DNA from: Thermoplasmata archaeon
GTDB taxonomy: Archaea > Thermoplasmatota > Thermoplasmata > Lutacidiplasmatales > UBA184
NCBI GenBank assembly: GCA_027314165.1
Contig: DAHVCH010000011.1
Location: forward strand, 1,990 to 65,989
DNA length: 64,000 bases
Reading direction: 5' to 3'
Shown here piece by piece: positions 1 to 7,939 of the stretch. The notes beneath the pieces are model-generated. The model was not told the DNA's origin. It made no database searches and saw only the letters and a list, made by a program, of their open reading frames with translations. Position 1 is the first letter of the stretch, and each line of letters opens with the position of its first letter. A program made the translations under genes and the position numbers.

Positions 1-765
1 GATACCATCGCCGACGTTGATCGAAGTGAGGAAGGCCTTGTGCATCTTCTGGGGGCGGACCAGGTCACTCTCCGGGGAAAGCTTTTCGCCCTCCCTCAGC
101 CGCTCCTCGAGATACGCCTTGACGTAGCCGCAGCCTTCCTCGCTCAGGAACGAGAAGTACTTCTGCCCCGTCTTGGAGAGTTCCGCCCTCACGACGACCA
201 TCGCGGGGGATCGGCTGAACTCGACGCGGTCCCGTTTGATCTGGATTTCGGGAAGGTCCTTCAGGCGAAGGCCGTCGTTCCCCGTGTAGTTCCCGATGAC
301 ACCGGGGCGGACCCCGGCGTTGGCCATGAGGATGCAGGAGACTCGGTCCCGGGAATTCGCCGCGAGGAGGATCTGGCGGAGCTCCTCCTGGCTCGGTGTT
401 CGCTCGTCCTTGAGCGTCGGCGCGTCCCAGGCGCCCCGGACCTTCACGGGGAGGTTGACCTTGATCCCGTTGTGGAGCAGCCACGACTTGACCGCCTTGA
501 CGGTGCTGTGGATGGCGGACCCGGCCTTTCCCTCTGCCTGCTCGCGGGCGATGAAATCGAGGAGCATCGTGTGGACCTCCTTCTCCCTCATTGTCGGCAT
601 GTCGAGGATGGGAATCCCCATCCGGTCGGAGACCGCACCGAGCCTTCGGAGGTAGACGTCAGCGGTGACCTGGGAACCCTGAGCGACGTTGGTGTGCCAT
701 CGCTTCAGGTCGGGGTTCTCGAGGAGCGTGCGCCAGGGCTTGTCGCCGAAACGTCTCCGGGGCAT
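1..765 (-). CDS. Tyrosine recombinase / phage-type integrase, N-terminal 255 codons (ORF continues past the left window edge)
   Basis: My own minus-strand translation from ATG 765-763 stays open to base 1. It is absent from the ORF track because it has no stop in the window. Sequence: MPRRRFGDKPWRTLLENPDLKRWHTNVAQGSQVTADVYLRRLG...KDERTPSQEELRQILLAANSRDRVSCILMANAGVRPGVIGNYTG...KTGQKYFSFLSEEGCGYVKAYLEE. This shows a core-binding-like N-terminus followed by a box-I Arg context (AGVRPG) typical of tyrosine recombinases. The start lies about 43 nt from the 3' end of tRNA-Met. Confidence 0.7.
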   Translation of the reverse strand, partial: MPRRRFGDKPWRTLLENPDLKRWHTNVAQGSQVTADVYLRRLGAVSDRMGIPILDMPTMREKEVHTMLLDFIAREQAEGKAGSAIHSTVKAVKSWLLHNGIKVNLPVKVRGAWDAPTLKDERTPSQEELRQILLAANSRDRVSCILMANAGVRPGVIGNYTGNDGLRLKDLPEIQIKRDRVEFSRSPAMVVVRAELSKTGQKYFSFLSEEGCGYVKAYLEERLREGEKLSPESDLVRPQKMHKAFLTSINVGDGI

Positions 766-808
766 CTTGGATGCGTATAGACGGGTCGGACTTAAACCCT
801 TTTGGTAG

Positions 809-881
809 TGGGCCCGGTCGGACTCGAACCGACGACCAACCGGTTATGAGCCGGACGCTCTAGCCACTAAGCTACGGGCCC
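809..881 (-). tRNA. tRNA-Met (anticodon CAT; elongator type, or tRNA-Ile2 if C34 is modified)
   Basis: Reverse complement GGGCCCGTAGCTTAGTGGCTAGAGCGTCCGGCTCATAACCGGTTGGTCGTCGGTTCGAGTCCGACCGGGCCCA folds as a cloverleaf: 7-bp acceptor, GCTT/GAGC D stem, CT-CAT-AA anticodon loop, GTCGG/CCGAC T stem. No encoded CCA. It lacks initiator features (no A1:U72). Confidence 0.85.
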
Positions 882-945
882 TGCGAAGCCGGAGGAGGGC
901 CCATCCATTTCAATGCGTGGTACGCTCGCGAACGGGAGCCCCCGC

Positions 946-1437
946 TCAGCGGGACCGGGCCAGGGGCTCCCGAGCCTGCGCCATCCCATCACCGACGGCT
1001 TGACGCTCCTCGGCCCGCGACGTTGGGCGGAAACCCCGGGAAACCGCCAGTTGGACCAGGTCCGCGTGGTCCTTGCCCAGCCCCTCCCACTCGGGGTAGG
1101 CCTCCAGTCGCGCGAGCTTCGGTCTCCCGTCCCGGACGGAGAAGAGGAGGGCATGCACGGCGAAGTGAGGGGTGCCTTCCAGCCGATAGAGCGTCCTCAC
1201 CACGTACAGCGAGGGCTGGGAACGGATGTTCCAGATGGCCCGGGTCCCATCCGTGCGGCTCTCGGCGAGCTTCTCCCCAGTGCACTCGAGCTCATGGAAC
1301 GCCGAGCCGTCGGAGGAGAACGGACCGATCGCGAGGCGGAGGGAGGTCATGGGCGGGGCGCTCGGGGAACTGCGCTTGGGTCGGTCGGAAGGGCTGGTCA
1401 TGAGCTCACCCGTTCTCCCGACCGGAGCGACCAACAT
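946..1437 (-). CDS. Hypothetical protein
   Basis: The ORF-track 946..1440 frame has a non-repetitive, balanced composition (…LYVVRTLYRLEGTPHFAVHALLFSVRDGRPKLARLEAYPEWEGLGKDHADLVQLAV…). ATG at 1437 lies about 21-28 nt downstream of an AT-rich box (leaderless-type spacing). I recognise no family. Confidence 0.45.
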   Translation of the reverse strand: MLVAPVGRTGELMTSPSDRPKRSSPSAPPMTSLRLAIGPFSSDGSAFHELECTGEKLAESRTDGTRAIWNIRSQPSLYVVRTLYRLEGTPHFAVHALLFSVRDGRPKLARLEAYPEWEGLGKDHADLVQLAVSRGFRPTSRAEERQAVGDGMAQAREPLARSR

Positions 1438-1450
1438 CAAGGCCTAGAAG

Positions 1451-1475
1451 GTAGTCTATATAGCCAACTATAGAC
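1451..1475. promoter_or_regulatory. AT-rich box GTAGTCTATATAG-CCAA-CTATAGAC (TATA box and/or Pho-type operator) between phoU and the hypothetical gene
   Basis: This is the only AT-rich patch in the 1441-1494 spacer. It contains inverted GTCTATA/TATAGAC half-sites related to the motifs at 7635-7650 and 7887-7902. Confidence 0.35.
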
Positions 1476-1494
1476 GGCGGGAGGCTCCGAGGAG

Positions 1495-2205
1495 CTAGGG
1501 GGCTCGACCCTCCGACTCCTTGACCAGGGTGGGCCCTCGATGGGGGCTCTCCCCGGTGACCATGTAGACCACCCGCTTCCCGATGTTGACGGCGTGGTCG
1601 GCGATCCGCTCCAAGTAGCGGTTGACCAGGAGAAGGTGGGCCCCCACCTCGGGCTCGAGCGATCGCTCCTTCATGCCGAGGACGAGCGCCTGGAAGACCT
1701 CGTCGTGGAGGTCGTCCACCGAGTCGTCGAACCGGGACATGTCCTTGACCGACTCCGCGTCGCGTGTCATGAACGCGCGGATCGCCGTGTCCACCATGTG
1801 GATCGTCAGGTCTCCCATCCGCACGAGCTGGCTCATCTGCGGCGGGCTCCCGCCGTGGAACTTTCGAAGCTCCACCTCCGCCTCGGTGATGTCCCGGGCG
1901 TAGCGCCCGATCCGGTCGAGGTCCGTCGTGATCTCCAGGCAGGTGGTGATCGTCCGAAGGTCGCGTGCGACCGGGGCGTGGAGCGCGATCAGGTCCACGC
2001 AGGTCTTCTCCACGATGATCTGGAGCGCGTAGATCTCCTTGTCGAGGGTGGCGACCTCCTCGGCCTCCGCGACCTCGGCCCGCTGCATCCCGTCCATAGC
2101 CTTTCGGATCGCCAGCTCGGAGAGGTCCGCCAGCGTACGGACGTCTTCGTTCAGACGGTCGAGCCCTTGTCCCAAGGCCTTGCGGCCTCCTTCCACGCCT
2201 CTCAT
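1495..2205 (-). CDS. phoU: Phosphate transport system regulator PhoU
   Basis: 236 aa with two PhoU repeats: …[30 protein letters not shown]… and …[24 protein letters not shown]. Its ATG overlaps the pstB stop (ATGA at 2202-2205). Confidence 0.9.
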   Translation of the reverse strand: MRGVEGGRKALGQGLDRLNEDVRTLADLSELAIRKAMDGMQRAEVAEAEEVATLDKEIYALQIIVEKTCVDLIALHAPVARDLRTITTCLEITTDLDRIGRYARDITEAEVELRKFHGGSPPQMSQLVRMGDLTIHMVDTAIRAFMTRDAESVKDMSRFDDSVDDLHDEVFQALVLGMKERSLEPEVGAHLLLVNRYLERIADHAVNIGKRVVYMVTGESPHRGPTLVKESEGRAP

Positions 2206-3149
2206 CCGAACCTCCCCGTGATGTAGTTCTCCGTGAGCTTCTCCTTCGGCTGCTCGAAGACCCGCTTCGTCGTGTCGAACTCAACCAGCCGACCTTGGTA
2301 CATGAACGCCGTAAGGTCCGCGACCCGCGCCGCTTGCTGCATGTTGTGCGTGACGATGACGACCGTGTAGTCGCTCTTCAGCTCGAAGATGAGGTCCTCG
2401 ACCCGCTGGGTCGCGGCCGGGTCCAGGCTCGACGTGGGCTCGTCCATGAGCAACACGCGCGGGCTCACGGCGAGGGCGCGGGCGATGCACAGACGCTGCT
2501 GCTGTCCGCCAGAAAGCGTGAGGGCAGGTCGGTCGAGCGCGTCCTTCACCTCGTCCCAGAGCCCCGTCCGTCGGAGGGAGGAGACCACCGCCTTCTCGAC
2601 GGTGTCCTCCGACTCGCCGTCCAGCCTCAGCCCGAACGCCACGTTCTCGAAGACCGAGGTGGGGAAGACCGTCGGGCGCTGGAAGACCATCCCGATCTTT
2701 CGGCGGACGAGCACGGGATTGACCTGGGCTCCGTAGATGTCCTGCCCCAGGTAGCGGACCGTCCCCTTGACCTGCAGGTGGTGAAGCTCCACCATCCGGT
2801 TCATGGACCGAAGGAGCGTCGTCTTCCCGCAACCCGACGGCCCGATGATCGCGGTGACCTTGCCGACGGGGATGTGCAGGTTCACGTCGCTGATGAGCGG
2901 CTTGTTCCGGGCCAGGACCGATAGCCGATCGATGGCGAGGATGATCTCCCCGCGATCCTCGGAGGCTGCGGCGATGGGGGAAGTGGCTGCCCGAGGGAGG
3001 CTGGCCGAGAGGGGGGTCCCGCAGCGCACGCACTTGAGCGGGGCCTCCCCCCCGACGGCCGCGACGGGAGCCCCACACTTCGGGCACACGCGCGAGGGCG
3101 ATCCGGCGCTGGACCCACGGGACACGAGGTTGTCGTTCCTTTCGTTCAT
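2202..3149 (-). CDS. pstB: Phosphate ABC transporter ATP-binding protein PstB with a ~60-aa N-terminal zinc-ribbon extension
   Basis: Walker [10 protein letters not shown], signature LSGGQQQR, Walker [12 protein letters not shown] and the PstB-type C-terminus ([10 protein letters not shown]). The start at ATG 3149 forms an ATGA overlap with the pstA stop. The N-terminus [47 protein letters not shown] carries a CxxC…CxxC pair. The longer ORF-track version (to 4052) is a frame artefact over pstA. Confidence 0.9.
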   Translation of the reverse strand: MNERNDNLVSRGSSAGSPSRVCPKCGAPVAAVGGEAPLKCVRCGTPLSASLPRAATSPIAAASEDRGEIILAIDRLSVLARNKPLISDVNLHIPVGKVTAIIGPSGCGKTTLLRSMNRMVELHHLQVKGTVRYLGQDIYGAQVNPVLVRRKIGMVFQRPTVFPTSVFENVAFGLRLDGESEDTVEKAVVSSLRRTGLWDEVKDALDRPALTLSGGQQQRLCIARALAVSPRVLLMDEPTSSLDPAATQRVEDLIFELKSDYTVVIVTHNMQQAARVADLTAFMYQGRLVEFDTTKRVFEQPKEKLTENYITGRFG

Positions 3150-4045
3150 TCGTAGAGCCCTGCCAGACGGCGCCGGTATCGGTCGGAGAGCAACTGGACC
3201 ACGATATTGATGGCGAGCACGATCACGATGAGCAGGAACGCGGCCTGGAAGGCCAGCGCGAGGAAGGACCCGAAGGAGCGCGGGAAGTCGTAGAACGCCC
3301 AGATGCCTCCGGTCAGGAAGGAGGTCGGCTGCATCAGGCTCTGGACCGGGGTCGAGCTCCACCCCGCGGTGTAGACGAGCGGCGCGGCCTCTCCAAGTCC
3401 GAGGGCCATGGCGAAGAACATCCCGGTGAAGATGGCCGGGAACGCGATCGGGAAGGCGACCCGTCGAAGGTACTGGAGGCGGCTGGACCCCAGCGCTAGG
3501 GAGGCCTCCCGTTGGCTCGGAGGAACGTTCGACAGCGCGATGTCGGTGGTTCGGAAGATGTACGGGAGCATGAACACGCCAAGGATGATCCCGCCGGCGA
3601 GCGTCGTGAACCCCCAGTGGGTATACAGGACTAGGGCGTAGTACCCGAAGTATCCCAGGACGATCGCGGGGACGCCCGCGAGCACGTTGCCGGCCAGCCG
3701 GGCGATCCGCTTGACGGCCGGTGGGGCGAACTCCGCGGTGTAGAAGCCCGCCGAGACCCCGAGGGCGCCGGCGATGCCCGTGCCCAAGGTGATGAGGACG
3801 AGCGTCCCCCAGATCATGGCGTAGAGGCCTCCGCCCGTGCCCACCTGGTTCTCGGTGAGCGTGGCCCACGACATGGTGGGGAGGGCGTAGCTCGCGACCC
3901 ACCCGATGAGGTCGAAGAGGGGGAAGAACACGGCCGCGAAGGCGAGCAGGAGCACCCAGCCGATGACCCGGTCGAAGAGGATCCGTCGCCGCATGCGTCC
4001 GGAGGTGTGGGTGAGCTCGTCCCCCAGCCCCGTCGCCACCTTCAT
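3146..4045 (-). CDS. pstA: Phosphate ABC transporter permease PstA
   Basis: 299 aa, multi-TM, with the BPD-transporter EAA-like loop (…[21 protein letters not shown]…). ATGA overlap with the pstC stop at 4042-4045. Confidence 0.9.
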   Translation of the reverse strand: MKVATGLGDELTHTSGRMRRRILFDRVIGWVLLLAFAAVFFPLFDLIGWVASYALPTMSWATLTENQVGTGGGLYAMIWGTLVLITLGTGIAGALGVSAGFYTAEFAPPAVKRIARLAGNVLAGVPAIVLGYFGYYALVLYTHWGFTTLAGGIILGVFMLPYIFRTTDIALSNVPPSQREASLALGSSRLQYLRRVAFPIAFPAIFTGMFFAMALGLGEAAPLVYTAGWSSTPVQSLMQPTSFLTGGIWAFYDFPRSFGSFLALAFQAAFLLIVIVLAINIVVQLLSDRYRRRLAGLYE

Positions 4046-5100
4046 TCTCCACCCCCCAGCGTCGTCGCGGTCGCGAGCTCGACCCGCGTGAAGCGCTGCG
4101 CCACGAGGTTCACCACCACCGCGACCACAAGGAGGACGAGAGAGAACTCGACGAGCAGGACGAAGAGGTTCGGATAGATGAGGGCGCTATCCAACTGGGA
4201 GAAGATGAAAGAGGCGACCGTCGTGGTCGAGGCGTACAAGTTCGGCGGTAGCGCGATCGAGGTGCCCCCGATCACCATGGCCACCGCGACGCTCTCGCCG
4301 AGAGCGCGACCGAAGCCGAGGAGGACGGCGCTCCACAGGCCGTTGCGCGCGACCGGAAGACGGACCCGACGGACCACCTCCCATCGCGTCGCCCCGACGG
4401 CCAACCCCGCCTCGACAAGGTCTCTCGGAACGCTTCGCAGCGCCTCGCGCATGAGCGCCGTCGTGAGCGGGATGATCATGATGGTCAGAACGAGGACCGC
4501 GAGCAGGGTTCCCCAAGGCCCGATGTCCGATGACGGGCCCCCAAAGCCAGGAAGCCATCCCAGGACGTCCCGGAGCGAGGGCTCCAGCGTGAGCCCGAAG
4601 TAGGGAGCGAGGACGACGAACCCCCAGATCCCGTAGACCACGCTCGGGATGCCCGCGAGCAGGTTCGTGACCATGGAGAGGAGCCGGCCGGGGAGAGGAG
4701 GAAGATAGACCACGGAGGAGATCGCCAACGCGAGGCTGAGCGCTGTCGCCAGGATCAGCGAGAGGGAGGCGGTGAGGAACGTCCCCACCAGGAAGACGCC
4801 GATCCCCCAGCTGGATGCGTCCGGCTCGCCAGGAACGAACCTGTACTGGAAGCCCCAGAAGGTGAGCCCGAAGTCCTTGAGCCCGCTCGCGATGAGCAGC
4901 ACCGCTACGACCGCCCCGAGGATGAGCAGGGGCATCAGGGCGACCGGGCTCCCGAGCCACGCCCCCAACGTCGAGGACCGCGCTTCGTCGGTGGAGGTAC
5001 GGACTTGGGAGGCCGGGGGGGGCGGGGGTTCCCCCGCCCCCGGGGGAAGTGGTTGGGTTTCGGCCGCGTTCAATCTTGGATTCCGGGTCCTGTGCGCCAC
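4042..5100 (-). CDS. pstC: Phosphate ABC transporter permease PstC
   Basis: 352 aa, multi-TM permease (…[39 protein letters not shown]…). The GTG at 5100 directly follows the pstS stop. The true start could be further downstream. Confidence 0.85.
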   Translation of the reverse strand: MAHRTRNPRLNAAETQPLPPGAGEPPPPPASQVRTSTDEARSSTLGAWLGSPVALMPLLILGAVVAVLLIASGLKDFGLTFWGFQYRFVPGEPDASSWGIGVFLVGTFLTASLSLILATALSLALAISSVVYLPPLPGRLLSMVTNLLAGIPSVVYGIWGFVVLAPYFGLTLEPSLRDVLGWLPGFGGPSSDIGPWGTLLAVLVLTIMIIPLTTALMREALRSVPRDLVEAGLAVGATRWEVVRRVRLPVARNGLWSAVLLGFGRALGESVAVAMVIGGTSIALPPNLYASTTTVASFIFSQLDSALIYPNLFVLLVEFSLVLLVVAVVVNLVAQRFTRVELATATTLGGGE

Positions 5101-6351
5101 CTAGTTGCTGATCGGCACCGCGTTGAGGGCCTGCATGTCGTATCCGATGACGGCCGCCGTCAGGGGCAGGAACGACACCTGGGGTGCGTAGGTCCCTCCG
5201 TAGGCCAGCGACCACTCGAGGAAGGTCAGCACGGCCTTCATGTGGGACTGGCTCGCCGGGGAGGAGGAGATCAGCAGATACTCCAGGTTCGTGTCGGGAT
5301 ACGGCGACGGGAAGGCCGAGGTCGCGGACGTGCCCCCCGCTCCGAGGACGAGGTTCGTCGCGCCGGGAACCCCACCGAGGATGAGGCTCACTGCGACGCT
5401 GGGCGGCTGGAGGTTCTGCAGACCGAGGTTCGCGTCCTGGCTGATGGTGTAGGGCGAGGGCAGGATGTAGTTCTGCTGGCCCGCGCCTCCCGAGCTCACG
5501 ACACCGTTCACGTTCGCGTTCTGGTCACCGACCGCCGCATAAGCAAGCCCTGCCGTCGAGTTGACCTGCTTGAGGTAGCTGATGCCGATGTACGCGATCC
5601 CGTACTGGGTGCTGCCGAGCAGTGTGACCATCCCGGAGTTGCCCGTAGCCGAGGGCCCGACCGGCCAGGTGATCGTCGTGCCGTAATTCTGCGCCCAGCC
5701 TCTCCAGGACATGTAGCAGAGCGAGCTGAACATGAACGTGTCCCCGCTGCCGTCCTGCCGGTGGATGGGCACGATGGTGTTGCCGGGGAGCGACACGCCC
5801 GGGTTGGCCGCCTGGATGAGGGGGTCGTTCCACTTCGTGATCGCGCCCTGGTAGATCATCGACAGGATCGTCCCGTTGAGGTTCAGATGGGAGCTGATCC
5901 CCGGGATGTTGTAGACGATGAGCTGCGCAGAGATCGCGATCGGGAAGTTGATGAGGTTGTGCCCGGAGGCCGTGCTGGGGGTCAGGTAGGCATCCGTGCC
6001 ACCCATGTCGACCGTCCCGGCTTCTGCCGAGCTGATCCCCGTGCCGCTACCGGTACTGGCGGGCGAGAGCGCGATGTTCGGGTAGACCGCGCTGAACGCC
6101 GGAGAGAGCACCTGCAGGTACGGGTAGATCAGGGATGACCCGGTCTCCGAGATGGTGGTGGTCGACCCCGAGCTGCTCCCCGAGGAGGGGGAAAGGGCGT
6201 ACTTGGTGACCGCATAGCCCGTTCCAATCCCCACGAGGAGAAGCACAACACCAAGTCCGAGGGCCGCGCCCTTGGACATGGTGGAGCTCTTCCTCCGGAT
6301 GGCTCCTCCGGAGAGGTTGTCGTTCGGTCCTGTCGAATGGCTGTTGGTCAT
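5101..6351 (-). CDS. pstS: Phosphate-binding protein PstS (membrane-anchored/lipoprotein-like)
   Basis: Has an N-terminal TM/signal region, a Ser-rich linker, then a PBP fold: …ETGSSLIYPYLQVL…ASTGSGTGISSAEAGTVDMGGTDAYL…IHRQDGSGDTFMF…. ATG at 6351 is preceded by GGAGGAAAG and forms an ATGA overlap with the upstream gene's stop. Confidence 0.85.
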   Translation of the reverse strand: MTNSHSTGPNDNLSGGAIRRKSSTMSKGAALGLGVVLLLVGIGTGYAVTKYALSPSSGSSSGSTTTISETGSSLIYPYLQVLSPAFSAVYPNIALSPASTGSGTGISSAEAGTVDMGGTDAYLTPSTASGHNLINFPIAISAQLIVYNIPGISSHLNLNGTILSMIYQGAITKWNDPLIQAANPGVSLPGNTIVPIHRQDGSGDTFMFSSLCYMSWRGWAQNYGTTITWPVGPSATGNSGMVTLLGSTQYGIAYIGISYLKQVNSTAGLAYAAVGDQNANVNGVVSSGGAGQQNYILPSPYTISQDANLGLQNLQPPSVAVSLILGGVPGATNLVLGAGGTSATSAFPSPYPDTNLEYLLISSSPASQSHMKAVLTFLEWSLAYGGTYAPQVSFLPLTAAVIGYDMQALNAVPISN

Positions 6352-7580
6352 ACGTTCTTTCCTCCTTTCTTTGGGATCATGTTGTTCCCTGGGATCGGGC
6401 CGACCGGGCCCTGCGGATGCGGGCCCGCGCTCACGCTGGCCGGGTGGACCGACGGACGGACCACGTCGTGGAGGCCATCGTACCGGGTGTGCACCCAGCC
6501 GATGGCCGCGCGGTCGAGCGAGAGCTCCGCGATGTCCGCCACGTAGGCGGCTGAGCGATCGATGGAGTCCAGGACCTGCGCGATCCACGCGGCGGTGAGC
6601 GGCGGGACCTGCGAGGAGGTCCTTCTCGAAAGCAAGCTCTGGAGCAGCGCGATGTGGCTCTCATGCAGCGACCCCGCGATGTCCGCGATCTCGTTCGCGG
6701 CGCTGGCGTCGGGCCGCTCGACCAGCGGGATGGACCGCGCCAGCAGGTCCGTGACCTGGGCGTGGAACTCGGCCACGGGACGGAAACGGGAGGGATGGAT
6801 GCCGGTCCGGGGAAGGCTCGCGGATGCCCGACCGATACGGACCGCATGGTCCGCGATCCGCTCCAGGGCCCGCGATATCGCGAGAAGGGGCAGGGCTGCG
6901 GACGCGCCACCGGGGACCATGGTCTCCGCGGGGGTGCGCAGGAACTGCGCCGCGAGCGTGCGGTGGACGCGCCACTCCAGGCGGTCGATCTCGTCGTCCT
7001 GCCCCTCCCAGTAGGAATCCTCCTCCACGCTGGTAGCGCGCGACAGGCCTTCTCCCGCGCGCTTCTGCAGGTCGAGCGCGGCCCGGGCCATCCGAACGAC
7101 GACCTGAACGGGATCCGCCGGAGCAGCGTTCGAGATGTCGCGAAGGACCAGGGTCGAGTTCCCCTCGGCGACCACCTCCATGCGCCCGCTGCGACGAGCA
7201 AACTCCCGGACCGTCCTCTGGACGTCCTGGGACATCCCCCGGGGAAAGTCCAGCACCAGGTCCGTGGTCCCTGCGAGGTAAGCCGCGACGAGGCAGCGGA
7301 AGAGGTGCTCGAGGGGCTCCTCGGAGCGACCGGTGACCTGGGCTCCCCAGGTGGTATCGCGTACCCGGACGTCCTCTAGGATGAGACGACCAGGGCCGGC
7401 ATCCCGAAGCCGGAGGCTCCCCCCCAGCTGAAGCCCGTTGCTCCGGACCCAGGATCGCGGGACCGCGACCACGACCTCGCCCTTGCCCGCCCGCCGAAGC
7501 AGACGGATGGACTCCCCGCTCCTCCCCGCGTCCGGGTCGGAGCTTGGTCTCGGCGGGGCCTCCGCCTGCTCGCTCATCAT
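6348..7580 (-). CDS. AbrB/SpoVT-domain + PhoU-domain phosphate uptake regulator (first gene of the pst operon)
   Basis: The N-terminus …IRLLRRAGKGEVVVAVPRSWVRSNGLQLGGSLRL… is a swapped-hairpin AbrB-like DNA-binding domain. The C-terminus has a PhoU-like repeat with [18 protein letters not shown] at 7580/7577 is the preferred start; the ORF-track start at 7592 is a TTG. Confidence 0.8.
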   Translation of the reverse strand: MMSEQAEAPPRPSSDPDAGRSGESIRLLRRAGKGEVVVAVPRSWVRSNGLQLGGSLRLRDAGPGRLILEDVRVRDTTWGAQVTGRSEEPLEHLFRCLVAAYLAGTTDLVLDFPRGMSQDVQRTVREFARRSGRMEVVAEGNSTLVLRDISNAAPADPVQVVVRMARAALDLQKRAGEGLSRATSVEEDSYWEGQDDEIDRLEWRVHRTLAAQFLRTPAETMVPGGASAALPLLAISRALERIADHAVRIGRASASLPRTGIHPSRFRPVAEFHAQVTDLLARSIPLVERPDASAANEIADIAGSLHESHIALLQSLLSRRTSSQVPPLTAAWIAQVLDSIDRSAAYVADIAELSLDRAAIGWVHTRYDGLHDVVRPSVHPASVSAGPHPQGPVGPIPGNNMIPKKGGKNV

Positions 7581-7616
7581 AGGTTCCGACAACGAGCCGC
7601 GAACCTTCTGGCGCGC

Positions 7617-7650
7617 ATATATAGATGTAGAAAATAGACTATAGTCTACA
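7617..7650. promoter_or_regulatory. Divergent promoter/operator region: TATA box ATATATAG plus perfect palindrome TAGACTATAGTCTA
   Basis: ATATATAG at 7617-7624 lies about 37-44 nt upstream of the operon's ATG. The 14-bp perfect palindrome at 7635-7648 extends to ACTATAGTCTACA (7638-7650), and this is repeated almost exactly at 7888-7902. Confidence 0.45.
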
Positions 7651-7886
7651 ACATAGAACCCCAGGTGCCGCTCCGGGGCGGTCTCCCACGCTTTTCACAC
7701 CGATGGCAGGCGTAGATCCCCTCGCTCCCAGAAAAGCCCTGCCGGTCGGCGGGGGTTCCCGACCTCGGCGGCCCCCTCGACATTCCTCGAGAGAGCGACG
7801 GCCCTTTCCCGGACCCCCCTTCCGCGCAGCCCCGGGTCTTCCAAAACCTGGGAGACATATGTATCACACCATATGACAATGAAATT

Positions 7887-7902
7887 CACTATAGTGTCTA
7901 CA
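7887..7902. promoter_or_regulatory. CACTATAGTG palindrome + TCTACA: promoter/operator of the MFS phosphate transporter gene
   Basis: 10-bp perfect palindrome at 7887-7896. ACTATAGTGTCTACA matches 7638-7650 apart from one inserted G. It lies about 40-50 nt upstream of ATG 7940. Confidence 0.4.
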
Positions 7903-7939
7903 GGTTCCCCTTATCCCCAACACCCTCGCTCCGCGGCCG

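Larger units (their letters stand above)
1..881 (-). mobile_element. Probable right border of an integrated element (integrase + tRNA-Met target); the body of the element would lie left of the window
   Basis: The integrase gene is transcribed away from, and sits immediately downstream of, the 3' end of a tRNA gene. This is the classical tRNA-targeting integrative-element layout. No att repeat can be checked because the element extends off-window. Confidence 0.4.

Noticed and set aside
40-780. 246-aa plus-strand ORF at the left edge (GTG start)
   Set aside because: It is antisense to the integrase frame, which shows recombinase-like sequence. The plus-frame product is L/R/G/D/P-rich with no recognisable motif.
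3150-4052. N-terminal ~300-aa extension of the pstB ORF (track entry 2202..4052)
   Set aside because: The extension overlaps pstA in another frame and is R/P/H-rich. The ATG at 3149 forms the ATGA junction with the pstA stop and gives a sensible PstB.
7646-7889. Two small minus-strand ORFs (77 and 64 aa) in the Pho divergent region
   Set aside because: They have R/G/S-rich composition, no start-codon context or promoter on that side, and they overlap each other. I treat the region as non-coding (see the ncRNA/leader hypothesis).
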